This document shows, one piece after another, positions 43,011-61,357 of a stretch of 64,000 nt of DNA. Both the position numbers and the translations under genes were made by a program. The first letter of the stretch is position 1. The number at the start of each line of letters is the position of its first letter. Source of the stretch: the human T2T-CHM13v2.0 reference genome, Homo sapiens; NCBI RefSeq assembly GCF_009914755.1, contig NC_060930.1. One strand, written 5' to 3'. The notes beneath the pieces were generated by a model. It searched no databases. It saw nothing but the letters and a program-made list of their open reading frames with translations, and was not told the origin of the DNA.

Positions 43011-43496
43011 CTACAAAAGGCTCTTCAAAGGGCAGGACGTGCAGCTAAATCTTGGGTTACATTCCTGAATCACATCCACCCACATACACGAAAAAACACT
43101 CCCGTCAGCTTCACTCATAAAGACCAGTACATTGACTTTTTATCAGTGAGAAAGGTGGGGAGGGGAGGAGGACCAGACCAATGGTATTGAAAAGAAACAA
43201 ACCAGCAGCATTTCTGTAAACTGGAAGGGTGAGGCATAATCCCCCCAACACACGCACACAAACATCTCATGTTTTATAATAGTTCTTGAAAGAGTCAAAA
43301 GAGGGCCACCCTTCCACAGGTAAAATTACGAGTTTGAAAGCAACTAAATACAGTAACTTCCTACCCAGCTACAGAAGGGTCTGTGCCAAATAATTTACTA
43401 TTAACTGTCTGTGAAAATGTGTGGCATTTTATAGCCCTTGAAGTTTGTGCCTCTGTTTGGTGATTTATTAATTATAAATGGCATGATATATCTCAC

Positions 43497-43565
43497 AGTT
43501 TGTCTTTCTGTTATTTTCATTAGCGTAAACCCTCAACAAATCCAAGTTCAGGTAGATTACAAGTC
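43497..43565 (-). pseudogene. Candidate exon P12 (69 bp)
   Basis: T-tract followed by TG in place of AG; T|gtgaga donor; phase 1->1, open: LVIYLNLDLLRVYANENNRKTN. Confidence 0.5.
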
Positions 43566-43728
43566 CATTAAAAAAAAAGTATGAAATTTATTTAAAAAGA
43601 AGCACAAATTGTATTCCAAGCCTGTAAATTCAGTAACACAAATTAATAGCTAACAAAGTGAGGCTCAAGTGTGTGCCATATCAGAATTCACATCAACAAG
43701 CAGCATTTGTCATCAGAAAAATTAGTCT

Positions 43729-43866
43729 GGGCTGGATGTGGTGGCTCACACCTGTAATCCCAACACTTTGGGAGGCTGAGGCGGGTGGATCACCTGAGGT
43801 CAGGAGTTCGAGACCAGCCTGGTGAACATGGCAAAACCCCGTCTCTACTAAAAATACAAAAATCAG
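43729..43866 (+). mobile_element. Alu left monomer
   Basis: Alu consensus stops after the middle A-rich linker. Confidence 0.9.
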
Positions 43867-43996
43867 TCCTATTCCCAGAGATTATAATTTAATTTACCTG
43901 GTCCTTAGAATTTTTAAAGATTTCCCAGGTGATTCTAATACACAGACAAGTTTAGGGACCACTGTCCTAACATTTTTTTTAAAAAAGCAGAGACTA

Positions 43997-44338
<342 letters not shown>

Positions 44339-44379
44339 TTATGCAGGGAAATGAGAACTTTAAAAATTACTCATTGATA

Positions 44380-44458
44380 TTAGGCTAGTGCAAAGGAAAT
44401 TACAGTTTTTGCCATTAAAAGTCATGCAAAAACTGCAGTTACCTTTGCACCAACCTAA
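44380..44458. mobile_element. MADE1 (Hsmar1-derived MITE)
   Basis: About 80-bp palindrome ttaggctagtgcaaag...ctttgcaccaacctaa flanked by TA. Confidence 0.88.
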
Positions 44459-44459
44459 T

Positions 44460-46720
<2,261 letters not shown>

Positions 46721-46861
46721 TATTTTATACATCCTATATATAATGTTTTAATTATGAATGAATTGCCCCAATTCTTAGCATGACAATTTGAGAACCTATA
46801 GTATCACCTTAATATGCATTTTTTCAATAATATACCAGCTTCTCATATTTTTGCTTTTTTA

Positions 46862-47183
<322 letters not shown>

Positions 47184-47514
47184 GCTATGTGAGTGCTGAT
47201 AATTATTAAGATAATTCAGTAAGGTTCTAACTGAAAACTTTCTGTTCTCCATATTTGTGAAACATGGGGAAGAGTTTATTTTAAAGCTCTAATTTGAAAC
47301 AAATTTGCTGAAGCAATTGAGCATTCAAATATTGGGGAATAAAACAGATGCAAAGATCTCTCAAAAAAACTGCTGACGTCCCTCACACTGAGTTAGCTTG
47401 AGGTTCTCTCGCCCTCGCTGGCACCCCAGGGTCTGCGTTTGCTCTTTCACTTAGAATCAATTTTCCATATTTCCTTTTCACTCATGGCCCCATCAGAGCA
47501 CCTTGTAAACTTAC

Positions 47515-47596
47515 GGTTTTGGCTTTTTGCATCCTCAATAAGAGCTCAGGTAGAAGTGGTCGGGCTGTGGGTAGCTCTGCCTCCAGTCATCTCTGG
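47515..47596 (-). pseudogene. Candidate exon P11 (82 bp)
   Basis: tctctttag| ... C|gtaagt; phase 0->1, one stop. Confidence 0.6.
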
Positions 47597-47730
47597 CTAA
47601 AGAGACACCCTTCATTAGGTTGGCAGCACTTTGGAGCCCCACTATTTCTGGGATCTAAGACAACTTGGTTGTCTTCTACACAGTTATTTTGTCAGTTTCT
47701 AATGCCCTTCACAACGGCTTTGGTGATTGA

Positions 47731-48047
<317 letters not shown>

Positions 48048-48089
48048 TGATTGATTATTTTAAAGATGACCTTGTTTTCCCTCCCTTAC

Positions 48090-48443
48090 CCAGCATCTGC
48101 TACAGATGGGCGATACACATAGAGGACTTTCCAGTGACTGCTTAGTCATTGTCACCAAAAACCCATGTCTCCCAGTGTTCCTGCTCCTGAGGTTCCAAAA
48201 AGGAGTTGTCCTGGATAGGGGCACATTAAGAAATCCCAGAGGGTTCAGATCTATAGGAGCTATGAAAGGGTTCCTCCAACTGGATCCGGCCAGGGAGAAA
48301 TCAATCACTAACGCAGGGGGAAAGGTATGCAGGGACCTTTCGTCACTTGGTGCTGGAGAAAGGAAGTGTGAAGGGTCGGTAAAAGCCAAAAGGGAAATCA
48401 TGAAGGGAAGGATAAAGCTTTTTACTCCCAAGTTAAAATCACA
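48090..48443 (-). pseudogene. Candidate exon P10 (354 bp), MAP1-N-like repeat 2 core
   Basis: tttctgtag| ... TGG|gtaagg; 118 codons fully open, phase 0->0: CDFNLGVKSFI...TPFWNL...GFLVTMTK...PICSRCW. Confidence 0.75.
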
Positions 48444-48749
48444 CTACAGAAATCCATCCTTCAGACTTTTATGATCAGTTGCTAAAAAGTCCAAGACATT
48501 TGAGCCTACTCCAAAGTGCATTTCTTGCAGGATATTTTGAGGGAATTCATTTTGTAAGATGCGGTGAACACAGAGCCCAGCCCGGTCTGTCTCTGAATAT
48601 TGTACATAGCACAGCAACACACAAATAGAAAATTAGCGAATGTCTTGATGATTAAGATCATGTGACAGGGAGACCTCGTATTCTATTAATTCAAGAAGCA
48701 CAATTTTCTAAGTTAAAGCCCATAACACAACTCAAGCATAGTAAAACTA

Positions 48750-49540
<791 letters not shown>

Positions 49541-49758
49541 TTAAAAAGAATATCCTGTAGATAAGTAGAATGTAAAGCTTATCTTTTAACTATCGATAGG
49601 CAGAGCACTTCTTGAAATAACCTCATGTGTTCTGGGAGAATATACATCAGAATTCAAAGTACGTCCAAATTTAACATTTTTAAAAATCAAAGAATCCTGC
49701 AGTTTGGAGGGACACGTGAGTGCCTCTCACTCAGCCTTCTGTGATATTAATAATATAC

Positions 49759-50090
49759 CTGATAACCGATCATCCAGCCACGAGCTCTCTATTTCATAAG
49801 GTGCTCTAGCACGGAACAAGCTCAGTGTTTGGAAGGTCTGTTTTTATATAACAAGGTGAGTAAGATAACCCTGGTCTCTTATCTTTAAGACAGACTTTGA
49901 GGGGTTTTCCAAGGAGTAAGCAGTGGCCAACAGCGCTGAGTCGTCCCTTTGTCTGGCTGACTTCTCTCGTTATCAGTTGCAAACATCTCATGGAGTTAAG
50001 GCATTAAAAAGACTGAGAAATAATCTACATATCCAGTGTGTTTGGAAAACATATACTGTTATTAAAGTCCAAAGATTACCTTGAGACTCT
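49759..50090 (-). pseudogene. Candidate exon P9 (332 bp)
   Basis: ttttgctgttag| ... CAG|gtatat; phase 1->0, several stops; ends RVILLTLLYK...RARGWMIGYQ. Confidence 0.6.
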
Positions 50091-50407
50091 CTAACAGCAA
50101 AATCGCAAAAAAGGAAAATGTTTTGGGTTATAGACCAATGTAATAAAAAGCAGAAAGATGTAGTAGGTGAGAGGAGAGAAGGAGCCCAGGGCCAGCAGAG
50201 TCGTAGCCATTTTGCCAGGAAGTAGCTTTAAGGGTTTCTGGACTGTTAGGCGAGTAGCTGGCCTGAAACCAGATCTCAGCGTGCAGGGGCTGCTTCCGTA
50301 AATTGCATCCTTTCAGTCACTGAGAAAATTACTCACTCCAACTTAGAGGAGACAAAAACCATGCCCAGAGTTGTTAGGTCATTACCAAATATGAGAAGTC
50401 AAAGTGA

Positions 50408-50772
<365 letters not shown>

Positions 50773-51016
50773 ACCTACTATATAATTAACCAAATGATTA
50801 CCTGGGCTAAAACAAATTTCTGTGTAAATATCTTAAAACTGTATTATTATCTCACAGCGGGAGAGATCAGTTTTGTGACACAAAATACTTTGACATTGTG
50901 AACGTGTCAGATTCTGCCATCTGAAAGGTGGCCTTTTTCAGCCCACTGTGTGGCTTCAGAGATGTGGGCAGAACAGGTGGAATCCAACTTAGGGGATTTG
51001 CTCTTTCTGGTCTCAC

Positions 51017-51078
51017 TGTCAGTTTTCACAGATCTTAAAGAAGTGGCTGCATTAACTAAGTCAATCAAAGCCTGCTCC
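51017..51078 (-). pseudogene. Candidate exon P8 (62 bp)
   Basis: ttttgctttaaaag| ... A|gtgaga; phase 2->1, open: EQALIDLVNAATSLRSVKTD. Confidence 0.6.
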
Positions 51079-51386
51079 CTTTTAAAGCAAAATGAAGCCA
51101 CTGCTCAGCCTTCAACATAAAAACCTGGATTCCACTACTGTAAGATTCTGCCCACAAGGAAAGAGAAGACCCCGGAAAGCGCTGCAGTGCTGTCAGCCTT
51201 AAATGGAAGTTGGGAGAGCTGGAGGAATGCCACGGAAAGAGCTGCCCAGAGCTAGAGGCCGAGGCACTGAAAAACTCTGCCTTCTCCTCTAGAGTCTCAG
51301 GAGGGGCCCTGATCCCTGCCCCCATGCACAAGTGAGTGGGAACCCCCCCAAAGACAGCCGCTCTTCATAGAAAATGACAGTCATAC

Positions 51387-51476
51387 TTCAAAATTGTAGA
51401 GTGCCTACAAACCGCTCGAGGTTGCATCTGGACAGAAGGATCAGAAGTTTTAATTTCATAGGCCTGGAACAGGGTT
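51387..51476 (-). pseudogene. Candidate exon P7 (90 bp)
   Basis: tttttattttag| ... AA|gtatga; phase 2->2, open: [29 protein letters not shown]. Confidence 0.6.
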
Positions 51477-51543
51477 CTAAAATAAAAACTAATAAGACGG
51501 TTCATATCTCATCATCATCATTATTATTAATAATAGCTATCAT

Positions 51544-51837
<294 letters not shown>

Positions 51838-52170
51838 TTACTTAGGGCTTACAGTAGCCCTGGTATAGCCCTTATTTAATGCTCACCTCAACCTTGTATG
51901 GGCTCCATTTTCCCCCATTCTACACACAATTAAACTGAGGCACGGAAAGGATAAGTAATGAGTACAAGGTCACTGAGGCAGTAGGTAGCAGAGCTGATAT
52001 CTCTATTTTTAAAAGTGATCCAGGTACCACAGTTTGAAAAACAAAAGTCCCAACAAATGGCATCAGACATTGGGCAGCAAATACTGCTGCAGGACTTTGT
52101 ATATGTTTCTCCTTATTTGTCTTTAGGTGTTTTTCGTATGTAAGACACAGGCAGTGCAGGGGAACCTTAC

Positions 52171-52257
52171 TGTTTTCTACAGAATGAGAGGGGTCTGAGT
52201 CCCCGTCTCTCTGAAGAAACCACTTTCGTGTCTTTTATTTAACTCATCATGTATTGT
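52171..52257 (-). pseudogene. Candidate exon P6 (87 bp)
   Basis: poly-T...ctcttcag| ... CA|gtaagg; phase 2->2 with one stop. Confidence 0.55.
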
Positions 52258-52305
52258 CTGAAGAGTTTTATTAAAAAAAAAAAAACAGTCTGATGATGCC
52301 CAGCC

Positions 52306-53297
52306 CTGGAGAGGTGGGAGCTCCTTTGCCAGGATCTCTGTGTCCCGCAGCCGACCTGCCTTGGCATCCTCGTCTCCTGCCACTTCCTGTTTTACCCCAT
52401 GTGCTTGCTGGTCCCTGAATTCTCTTCCTTCTGTCTTTCCTCATCCTCCTGGCCCCAGTGGCTCCCCAGCCATGCCCAGAGAGGTTGGCACTCCAGCTGA
52501 GGCTGCAGCTGGGAGGCCCGTGGAGGCCACAGAATGTGTTTTCCTTCTGTCCTTCTGTCCTGGTTATCACAGTGACCAAAATTTCACCAACCTGGAAACC
52601 AAGCACATTTACATCTGCTTTGACTTGATCTGTCAAACCAATCTGTCAAGCACCCACCTCCCAATAACAGGGTCCCTGGCATCTCTTTCTTCTTCCATCC
52701 ACACCCACCCCAAGAAGCTATCTCTGCTGCTGACCTCAGAGGAAAGAGAGCTGAGAATCTCCACGGTGGATGGCAGATCCTGGCTTTCTGTGTCTCTGCC
52801 TTCTGTTGCTACCTCCCCATTTTGCTATCATAGGGCTTGGCAATAGAATGGAGTCTTTGCTGGTTGCTATGTGTACACACATGCCATGGTTCAAGGAGAT
52901 ACCCACTCCCTCCTGGCTCACTGTCCACCAACTGTGCTCACGCTTGGGCTCCCAAGGTTCCAGCTCTTTAGCTCACACTCCTGCAAAGCCACAGTTATGA
53001 CACACACTTCATGTGCCAGCCCCACTTACAGGCCATGCCCCTATTATCATGCAAATAAAAATACAGGATATGCAGCAAATTTCAAAGACTCCATTCTATT
53101 GCTCAGCTATAGTGCCAACCTCTCTGGGCATGGCTGGGGAGCCACTGGGGCCAGGAAGATGAGGAAAGACAGATGGAAGAGAATTCAGGGACCAGCAAGC
53201 ACATGGGGTAAAACAGGAAGTGGCAGGAGATGAGGATGCCAAGGCAGGTCGGCTGTGGGACACAGAGATCGTGGCAAAGGAGCTCGCACCTCTCCAG
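52306..53297. repeat. Inverted duplication: 52306-52501 vs 53102-53297, plus 52840-52859 vs 53083-53102
   Basis: About 8 mismatches over 196 bp; the 20-bp pair is perfect. Confidence 0.95.
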
Positions 53298-53851
53298 ATA
53301 CGCAACAAATAACTTTGGTTTGTGTACTGATTATTACAAACTTATACTAAACACGATCCACCATTATCTGATATTCCAGTTTCACCAAGGGGCCCTGTAT
53401 TTTTTCCCTTAGTTCCCCAACCCTAAACCCTGCCTGCCGCAGGGGGCCAGGCTCCCTCAAGGAGTGTTTCTCTTCTGCCTCTCAGGATGCTTTCCAGACT
53501 GGACTTTAGTGGATCAGATGTGTTTTAGTGACTTTGAACCTCACTGGGGAGGGGGTGAAGGCCTCATGCTGTTTCTCTCAAGGAGGCATTTTTCAGCATT
53601 TACCCACCAAGACCATTGGGAGAGAAGTTTCTGACAACCTACAAAGAACCCTGTTAGGACCTATATGAAGGCAGTGGCTTCTGTGATCTTTTTTCATTTA
53701 TATAAGCAAGAAGGGTGGCTGGAGCAATCCCTCCCAGCTGGGCCACTGGGCCGAAAGCAACTTCTTCCCTCCATCCAGACAGAAACACAGTTGGCGGTCT
53801 TCAAACGCTGGATTTTCTCCCTAAAGCACATCGCCTTACTGAAAAACTCAC

Positions 53852-54257
53852 TATACTTCCTTTAAAACTTCATGATCTGGGGTCTTTCAGATAAAATGTC
53901 AGTGGTTCGACAATAATGAATGGACAGGTAGCTAAGAACAGCGTGCTGGGGAAGCGTTCCGCAGGCCATCTGCCTGCAGCATGTAGTTCACACCCTCCAT
54001 GGAGCTGCCCTTTGGGGAGGTGAGGGGCTGAAAGCAAGCGTGTGCTCCCTTGGCCAAACCCAAGGAGGGGAAGCGCTGTCAGCTGGCCAAGATGTGAGCC
54101 AACAGGGCACGTAGAAGGATATCCCTCCCAATCTACTGCCCCCAAGGGAGCCCCTCTTTTAATTTTGTGCCTGCTGGCTTGGAGTGATACATTATTCTTG
54201 GAGAATTGTCCAGCATAGCGGGAGGAAGGATGCAGAAACAGGGGCAAGTGGTTGAAC
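53852..54257 (-). pseudogene. Candidate exon P5 (406 bp)
   Basis: attttcag| ... TA|gtgagt; long open stretches in several frames (SMEGVNYMLQADG; VLSYLSIHYC), implying frameshifts. Confidence 0.5.
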
Positions 54258-56228
54258 CTGAAAATTCCCAGTTTTCCTTCATTGCAGCATTGAATGAGGG
54301 GCTGTAAGTAGCCACAAGAGCAGGTCCCCGTGTGGTTAAAGGCCCCGGCATTCACTTAACAGGCGAATTTCCAGGCAACATTCTCTTACTCAGCACTTTT
54401 AATCAAAATAATCAGTCCAGTGTCTGAGGAGGAATGAATAGGGCAGTGTAGGAATCCCCTGTTGCTAATGAAACATTTAAAAATCCAGGACAGTAATGGC
54501 CTGTGCTATTTAATACAGAGGAGATGCTTACCACAGCCCCCTCATACCCTGTTTTTTTTTCTTATTTGCAAAAGGAAAAAAAATAGAATTTATTCATCTT
54601 AAAAAAAATACGAAGTGAAAAATTATCCATTAGCACAGCAAAGACCTATTTCCAGGAAACGAGTTTTAAAAAGAAAATTCTTGACATCCTAAGGTTGAAA
54701 GCGGGAGGTGTCATGACTTTGAACGTGAAGGATGAAAGGGCCACTGTGTCCAGGTGCAGTTCAGCCTGGCCTCATTTCATCTGTTACGGGAGGCTGCTTA
54801 AACCCCTGGTTGTGGTCCAAAAATATCCTGGCAGTTAGCATCCTGCATTAAAATTTATAAACCACGAAAGACCTTTTCTTACAGAAAAGCTAATTCAGGC
54901 TGGATAGCCTTTTAAAAAAAAAGATTTAAAAGGGGTAGTCATCAGAAGAGGTTATATGGAAAACTAGAGGTAAGTAATGCTTTTCAGTCCCCCAAAACAT
55001 ACTAAAAATACAGCAACAGTAATTTCAGAAGGAAGGGAAATGGTACCAAGCATAATTTCGTTTCTAAGAAGTCCCAGGAATGAATCCTGGAACTGCTAGA
55101 ATGAACTTTTAGGGGTGACAAAAAAAATGGTTGGAATATTATCAGGAAATGGGAACTGACAAGAGGATGGAAACAGGCTGCACCTTGGTGTCTCGGCTCG
55201 GGGGCTGGATAAGGGGCCCCAGTTTCTCTGGACTCTAGGTAGGCAGGTCTGAAACCTGGTCACTGAGCCATGGCTGCTGGAGGTGCTTCTCCCTCTGCCT
55301 GGCCGCATTCCTTCACCCCATGCTGAGCCTTTGCTGAGCGCCTCCTATGTGCCCTGGCTTTAGTCCCTGCTATCCTTCAGGTGCAGATGAAACTTCACCT
55401 GCTCAGAGATACCTTCCTTAATCCCTACAGATTAGATAAAATTCCCCTGCTCTGGACTCCTATGGCACCTGCTCTGGTCTTAACCCTGAGCACACTTTTC
55501 CACTGCTGAATTCTCTCTAAGGTTGGTGGGGGAGGGGACTGTTTCTTTCATTAATCATTGTATTCAACCTCCCTTACTCATCCAGCCCACACCCACCCGT
55601 TGGGTGCTTAATGAATACTGGTAAAATGAATCAATGCTATTTTCTGTGAGTCCAGTTTTATATGCGTAGGTTATCTTTTATTATAAAAGGACCTGGAGAT
55701 TTGGCTCCAAAGTTGACATTTTAAGGAGACTGGTGAGGAAGAGCAAGTGGCAGCAAGTAGGTGACCATGGCATCATTCTTTGAGTAGTGGGGAGGCCATC
55801 CACAGGCAGTCAGTCTGACCATCTCCAGGGAGCAGAGAGTGCACTCCATTTCTGCACAAACTTAAGTGAGAGGGAGGAAGCCTAAACAGACCTGGAAATT
55901 GACCTGGACCAGCCTGCTCATACACCTGCAAAATGCACCTGGAGGATCATAGCCTCTAAGACGTATGCTGGCCTTTGGCCAGCCTTGTTTTCTTCCTGAT
56001 TCACGTAATCAGACATGCCAGCTTCCACGAAATGATAAGCTTCTGGAGTGATGGTAACAATACCATTAATAATGATTTTAGCTACCTTTTAGTGAGTGCT
56101 AACCTTGAGCCAGGCACAGTCCAAGCCTTTTATGCACAGTATATATTTACCTGCACAGCAGCCCAGATGAGAACAATGGCGCTAACCCCATATTTCAAAT
56201 ACCCACTCAGCAAGCTGCAGAGATTTAC

Positions 56229-56604
56229 ATAGGTCCAACAGCTCATCGTGATGGGCACTGGAAACCCCATTTCTTTGGCCTCTTCTATAGATCCTAGTGG
56301 ATACCTGAGCACTCAGGAAGCACTCAGTAAATCCTCTCAACTTAGCCAGAGCAGGGTAGAACAAGTCCTTGTATTTCTGTTTACAGAAGCTTCCACCTGG
56401 GTCTACACATACAGCCACAGAGTCAGCCTGAGTGGATCCTGGGCTGACAGAGTTTATCGGCCAGCTCTGCAGTGGCCCTAGGAACATCACACTGTGCCTA
56501 TCATGCCAAGTGACCCCCGAGACCCACTGGAGCTGAGAGAGCCTGAGGAGGGTGTCAGACCAACATCCTGGGTGGTTGCTGTAGTTTCCTCTGATGCCAT
56601 AAAA
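56229..56604 (-). pseudogene. Candidate exon P4 (376 bp), MAP1-N-like repeat 1 core
   Basis: attttcag| ... T|gtaaat; lies inside the 186-aa ORF; with one base removed near 56305 it reads LRGFTECFLSAQYPLGSIEEAKEMGFPVPITMSCWTY. Confidence 0.7.
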
Positions 56605-57857
56605 CTGAAAATCTAGAGGGTTTGCAGGAACGACCAAAGGGACTGCACTGTGCTTTGTTTCTGCTGGGAGTGACCCTACATCACAGAGAGTTTGGGCTTC
56701 ACTCCACCTAGCCCTGGCTGTTCCTTCCAAACATTCTTTCACTCACAACCTTCCTTGACCCTCTGTCCCCATCTGCTCCCTTGATCTATTTGTGGACGTG
56801 CTTAGAGCTAAATAACACTGGAGTTGGATTTCATTCAATTTCTCAAGTCGATTCAAGGAAGGTTGACTTTATTATAACTATTCAGGCAGAGAATGGCCCT
56901 TCTATCTGCTTTCACACAGAACAAAAATGGTCTCAGCTCTTCTTTAAACTGTCAAATTATATCCTTCTTCTTTTTGAATTATTTATAATCTGTTGTTTTT
57001 ACCCTGCAAAAATGGGCTTTTGCTACTTCAACCACATATTAGGCCTTTTATGCAAACTGTAAAAGAAGCCAGCCTTCTGTCAGAGAAAGGCTTCTGACTT
57101 CACTAGGTATAAGAGAACCAAATTTTTATCCCCATAAAATTTTTCCCATTTCAGTCATAGCACAGCTGATGCAAAGGCAGAAGAGTTATGGTGGAAATGG
57201 AAATACATGTGTAAAAACTACAGTCCCTACAGTTTTCTGTGAATTCATAATCCCCAGAGACCAGCAGACCTCAGAAACCAACCAAGCAATGGGAGGAGCT
57301 AGAAACTCAATGGTATCAGCCAAAATGAGCATGGAGTGTTCACTCAGAATGAGGAACCACCGAGGAGGTGTGCGTCATCAGCCTCACTCACAGAGAAGGA
57401 AGTCTACGTGGTCACAAGACTGAGCTGTAAGAGGGAGGGGCAATGCGTAGTCAGCCCAGATAGAGCTCAAATGTTTTAAAATTTAATACGTTTTTTATTA
57501 TAAGGTCTAACCAATCCCTAGCAATGACACAATATCACTCTCTCAGCTCTCAGTTGGCACCTCCTGGTAGGGTGAGTTTAGAAGGATGAAGGAGGAAAGT
57601 GAGAGGATAGCAATCAAGTGGATTCCCTTCAACAGCACGAACCACACTTCTCATGAGACCCCTGGAGGGTTATCCAAAGCACAGATTCCCAAGCTTCGCC
57701 CGCGGAGACGCTGCTTTGGTGGCACTAGGGGAACCTCGCAATCTGGATGCTAACCTAGTACCCCAGGTGATTCTTATCTACAGTGGTTCTCATCCCCGAT
57801 ACATAAATAATAAATGTCAGCGCATCCCAAAACTTGCTCAAAGTCAAGGTCACTTAT

Positions 57858-58353
57858 CTAACGTGAGTGCCAAAGCCCAAACGGACCACAGACTCCAGAC
57901 ACTAGTGACCTTTCCATTCAACCCTGGGAACGTATGAGCCAAAAAACATGCTAAAACCAGCGACAGTAGAATGCAATGGTATTCAGCTGCTCCATGCCAC
58001 ACGTACTCATGTCTGCAAACCCTTGCTAGCGGGCACCTGCCAGAAGCAACTCTGTTACAGGATGGAATCTCACAGGTTGTTCCCCTACCCAGCACATATG
58101 CGGCTTTCGCTAAACCATCTGCTGCTTTGCTGACAAGGACAGACCAAGGAATTTCCATGCTGCGGTCTGTCAGCGTCTGTCACAGGGCCACCACCCTTTG
58201 AATGGGCGAGGAACTTGGAACTGAGACCTGTCCTCCAGGAGACCAATGTGACCCTCCCAGGGCAGAGGGAGTGCTGCCACTTCACACGTCCTCTCACCCG
58301 GGCTTATCTAACTGGCCACAGGACAAGTTCTGTGTTTTGTCGGCCTGGGAAAT
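57858..58353 (-). pseudogene. Candidate exon P3 (496 bp)
   Basis: tttccattag| acceptor; donor appears mutated (AG|ataagt); net phase 2->0; includes ORF-track segment ...HEYVWHGAAEYHCILLSLVLACFLAH... Confidence 0.5.
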
Positions 58354-58884
58354 CTAATGGAAAGGACTATTATTAGAAATATTTATCTTATCAAGGAAAA
58401 TATGCTCTTAAAATGTTCAAGAAAGGATGCTGCCTGGTTCCCAAGGAATAGCCTGAAAGACTATATATATATATAATATACACTCATACACATATACATA
58501 TTATACACACACATACACATACATGTATATATGTGTGTGTATTTAAATGTAATATGCATATGAATATTACTTAGGTAAGCATATATTCACAACTGCAGTA
58601 GTATGTTACCTTTATTTTTCTTTCAGCAGTTTTTTGAAGTAAACTTCATCATCTGACTGCAGGGGTTAATGAATATTCTAGTGCTTCTCACACTCTGATG
58701 TGCACATACATGAGTCATTCAGGAACCCTGATGATATGCAGATTCCTATTCAGCAGGTTGGATGGGGCCCGAGAGCCTGCATTTGTAGCCAGCTCCCAGG
58801 GAATGCTTGAGGCCCAGGCAGGAGCCACTCTGAGCAATCAGATTCCAGCTTGTGATGATGTTTGCATCACACATAAAACAGCAC

Positions 58885-59048
58885 CTGTCAAAGCTTAGAA
58901 TATGTAAAACAAACAAAACTAAGTTCAAATTAAGGCACTCTTTCTTAGATGATTCAGAAGGAACTTCAGAATTTGGGCAATGCCTCTTAGCCATCATTAC
59001 AAACAATTCTTCCCGTATTAGAGCCATTTCAGTAATAACAGACAAGTC
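58885..59048 (-). pseudogene. Candidate exon P2 (164 bp)
   Basis: tgtcag| ... AG|gtgctg (weak donor); phase 0->2, open: DLSVITEMALIREELFVMMAKR...LSFD. Confidence 0.45.
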
Positions 59049-60042
59049 CTGACATACAAGAATCAGGTTGCCTTCTTCTTCATAAAGGGACAGAAAGCAC
59101 CCAGAACTACAGGTATTTTTCTCTCATTTTTGATACTCTGATCTGAAGGTAAATGAAGAAAGCCAGGGCATGTCAGGCCACTTTGACTGCTTAAAATTGA
59201 TTCTGCCAGTCTAGAAATGATTAAAATTCCAATCTTGGAAGCTCTTGGGAAAAAATATACAAACGCTATATTATTCCAAATATTCTGCTATATGAAGGCT
59301 GGCCCTATTCATCACATTGTTTAAATATTTGAAATAAGTACATTAATCATTATCCTCACTTCTAAGACATCAAAGACAAAATTATGCCTAAAATGTATTG
59401 GTAATAACTAGTACACAATTGAGAATGGACATGTCTCATGTGAAGGATACAAAGAAATACAGAGAATGATCCCCATGGGGACGGAGCTGCAGCTTTTCAG
59501 GAATGGAGGTCCAAACCCATGACATAGTATTTATCACACAGGGCCCCAAAACTATGCACACACCTGGCTCAGCGTATGTAGTCGATGCAAACTGGGGAGG
59601 TAAAATTAGAATCAACTGTGGTGGGATTTAAATCTGGCCTTGAAGGATTTCAAAAGGCATAGAAGAGGAGAGAGAATGAGAGCAGGTTTGGGGAGAAACA
59701 ATGAAGCGGAACAGAAATTAAGGTTTTGGATCATGTCTCTAACAGACAAATTGCTAATTTAATCCTCCCAATAATCCTGCAAGGTTGGCATTATTACACC
59801 AATTTGGTGAACCAAGAACTGAAACTCAGAAAAGCTAAATGACTGAGGTCACACAGCCGGTAGGTGGTCTCCAAGGGGATTTGAATTTGGGCCTGTTTGA
59901 TATCAAAGTCCATCATCAGTCCACCCTAAACCAGCACGCCCCAAAGCACATCTCATAGCTCCCTAAAATGTTAATAATGAGTCAGGAAAAAGAAAAGGTC
60001 AGAAGTCAAATAAATTTTGAAAGCTCTCAGGATAAATAATAA

Positions 60043-60312
<270 letters not shown>

Positions 60313-60890
60313 TAACGCTCTAACCTGCATTGAAAATCTCTAATATTATGTGTTGGAATAATATTAAAAATCTCACATAAGAGAATATTGATCATGCAAA
60401 AACATAATACTGAAATAGATAATGGGAAGTAGACTCTGATGGGTTTCAATGATAAGTCATTATGTTATGGTGAACTAGCTTCAGAGCTAGACTGTATGCC
60501 TGGTGGCTTTCCATTCTTCCTGACATCCCCAGCTAATTTCATTTAAAAATACACTCTAACAGACTGTGGCAATTCTCAGGGGAAAAGGACAGAAACTGGA
60601 AGGTGGAAACACAGCTTCTGCTGTGGTATCTAACAGCTAGGTAAGTCAGGTCTGGTGGTTTGGCATTTGACATATTAAGAGACAAAGGTTCTGGACAAGA
60701 CACCAGAGGAATCTCTCCTGCCCCTTTTGTTAGTAACTGCTGTAATTTCCTAATTTATAAATCTTTGTACACTGTCTGCATCAGGTGTAAAGTAGCCATC
60801 CATCACCTGGCTCTCATGACATACTGAGTTGCGTTTGTCCAATAAAATAGTCTCTGCCTTCTCTCATGTTCTACGAAGCCTATGTTGCTA

Positions 60891-61357
<467 letters not shown>

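Noticed and set aside
48106-48474. 122-aa plus-strand ORF
   Set aside because: Antisense shadow of open pseudo-exon P10; the splice signals are on the minus strand.
52271-53308. Pairs of near-identical ORFs on opposite strands
   Set aside because: Explained by the inverted duplication; no evidence of coding function.
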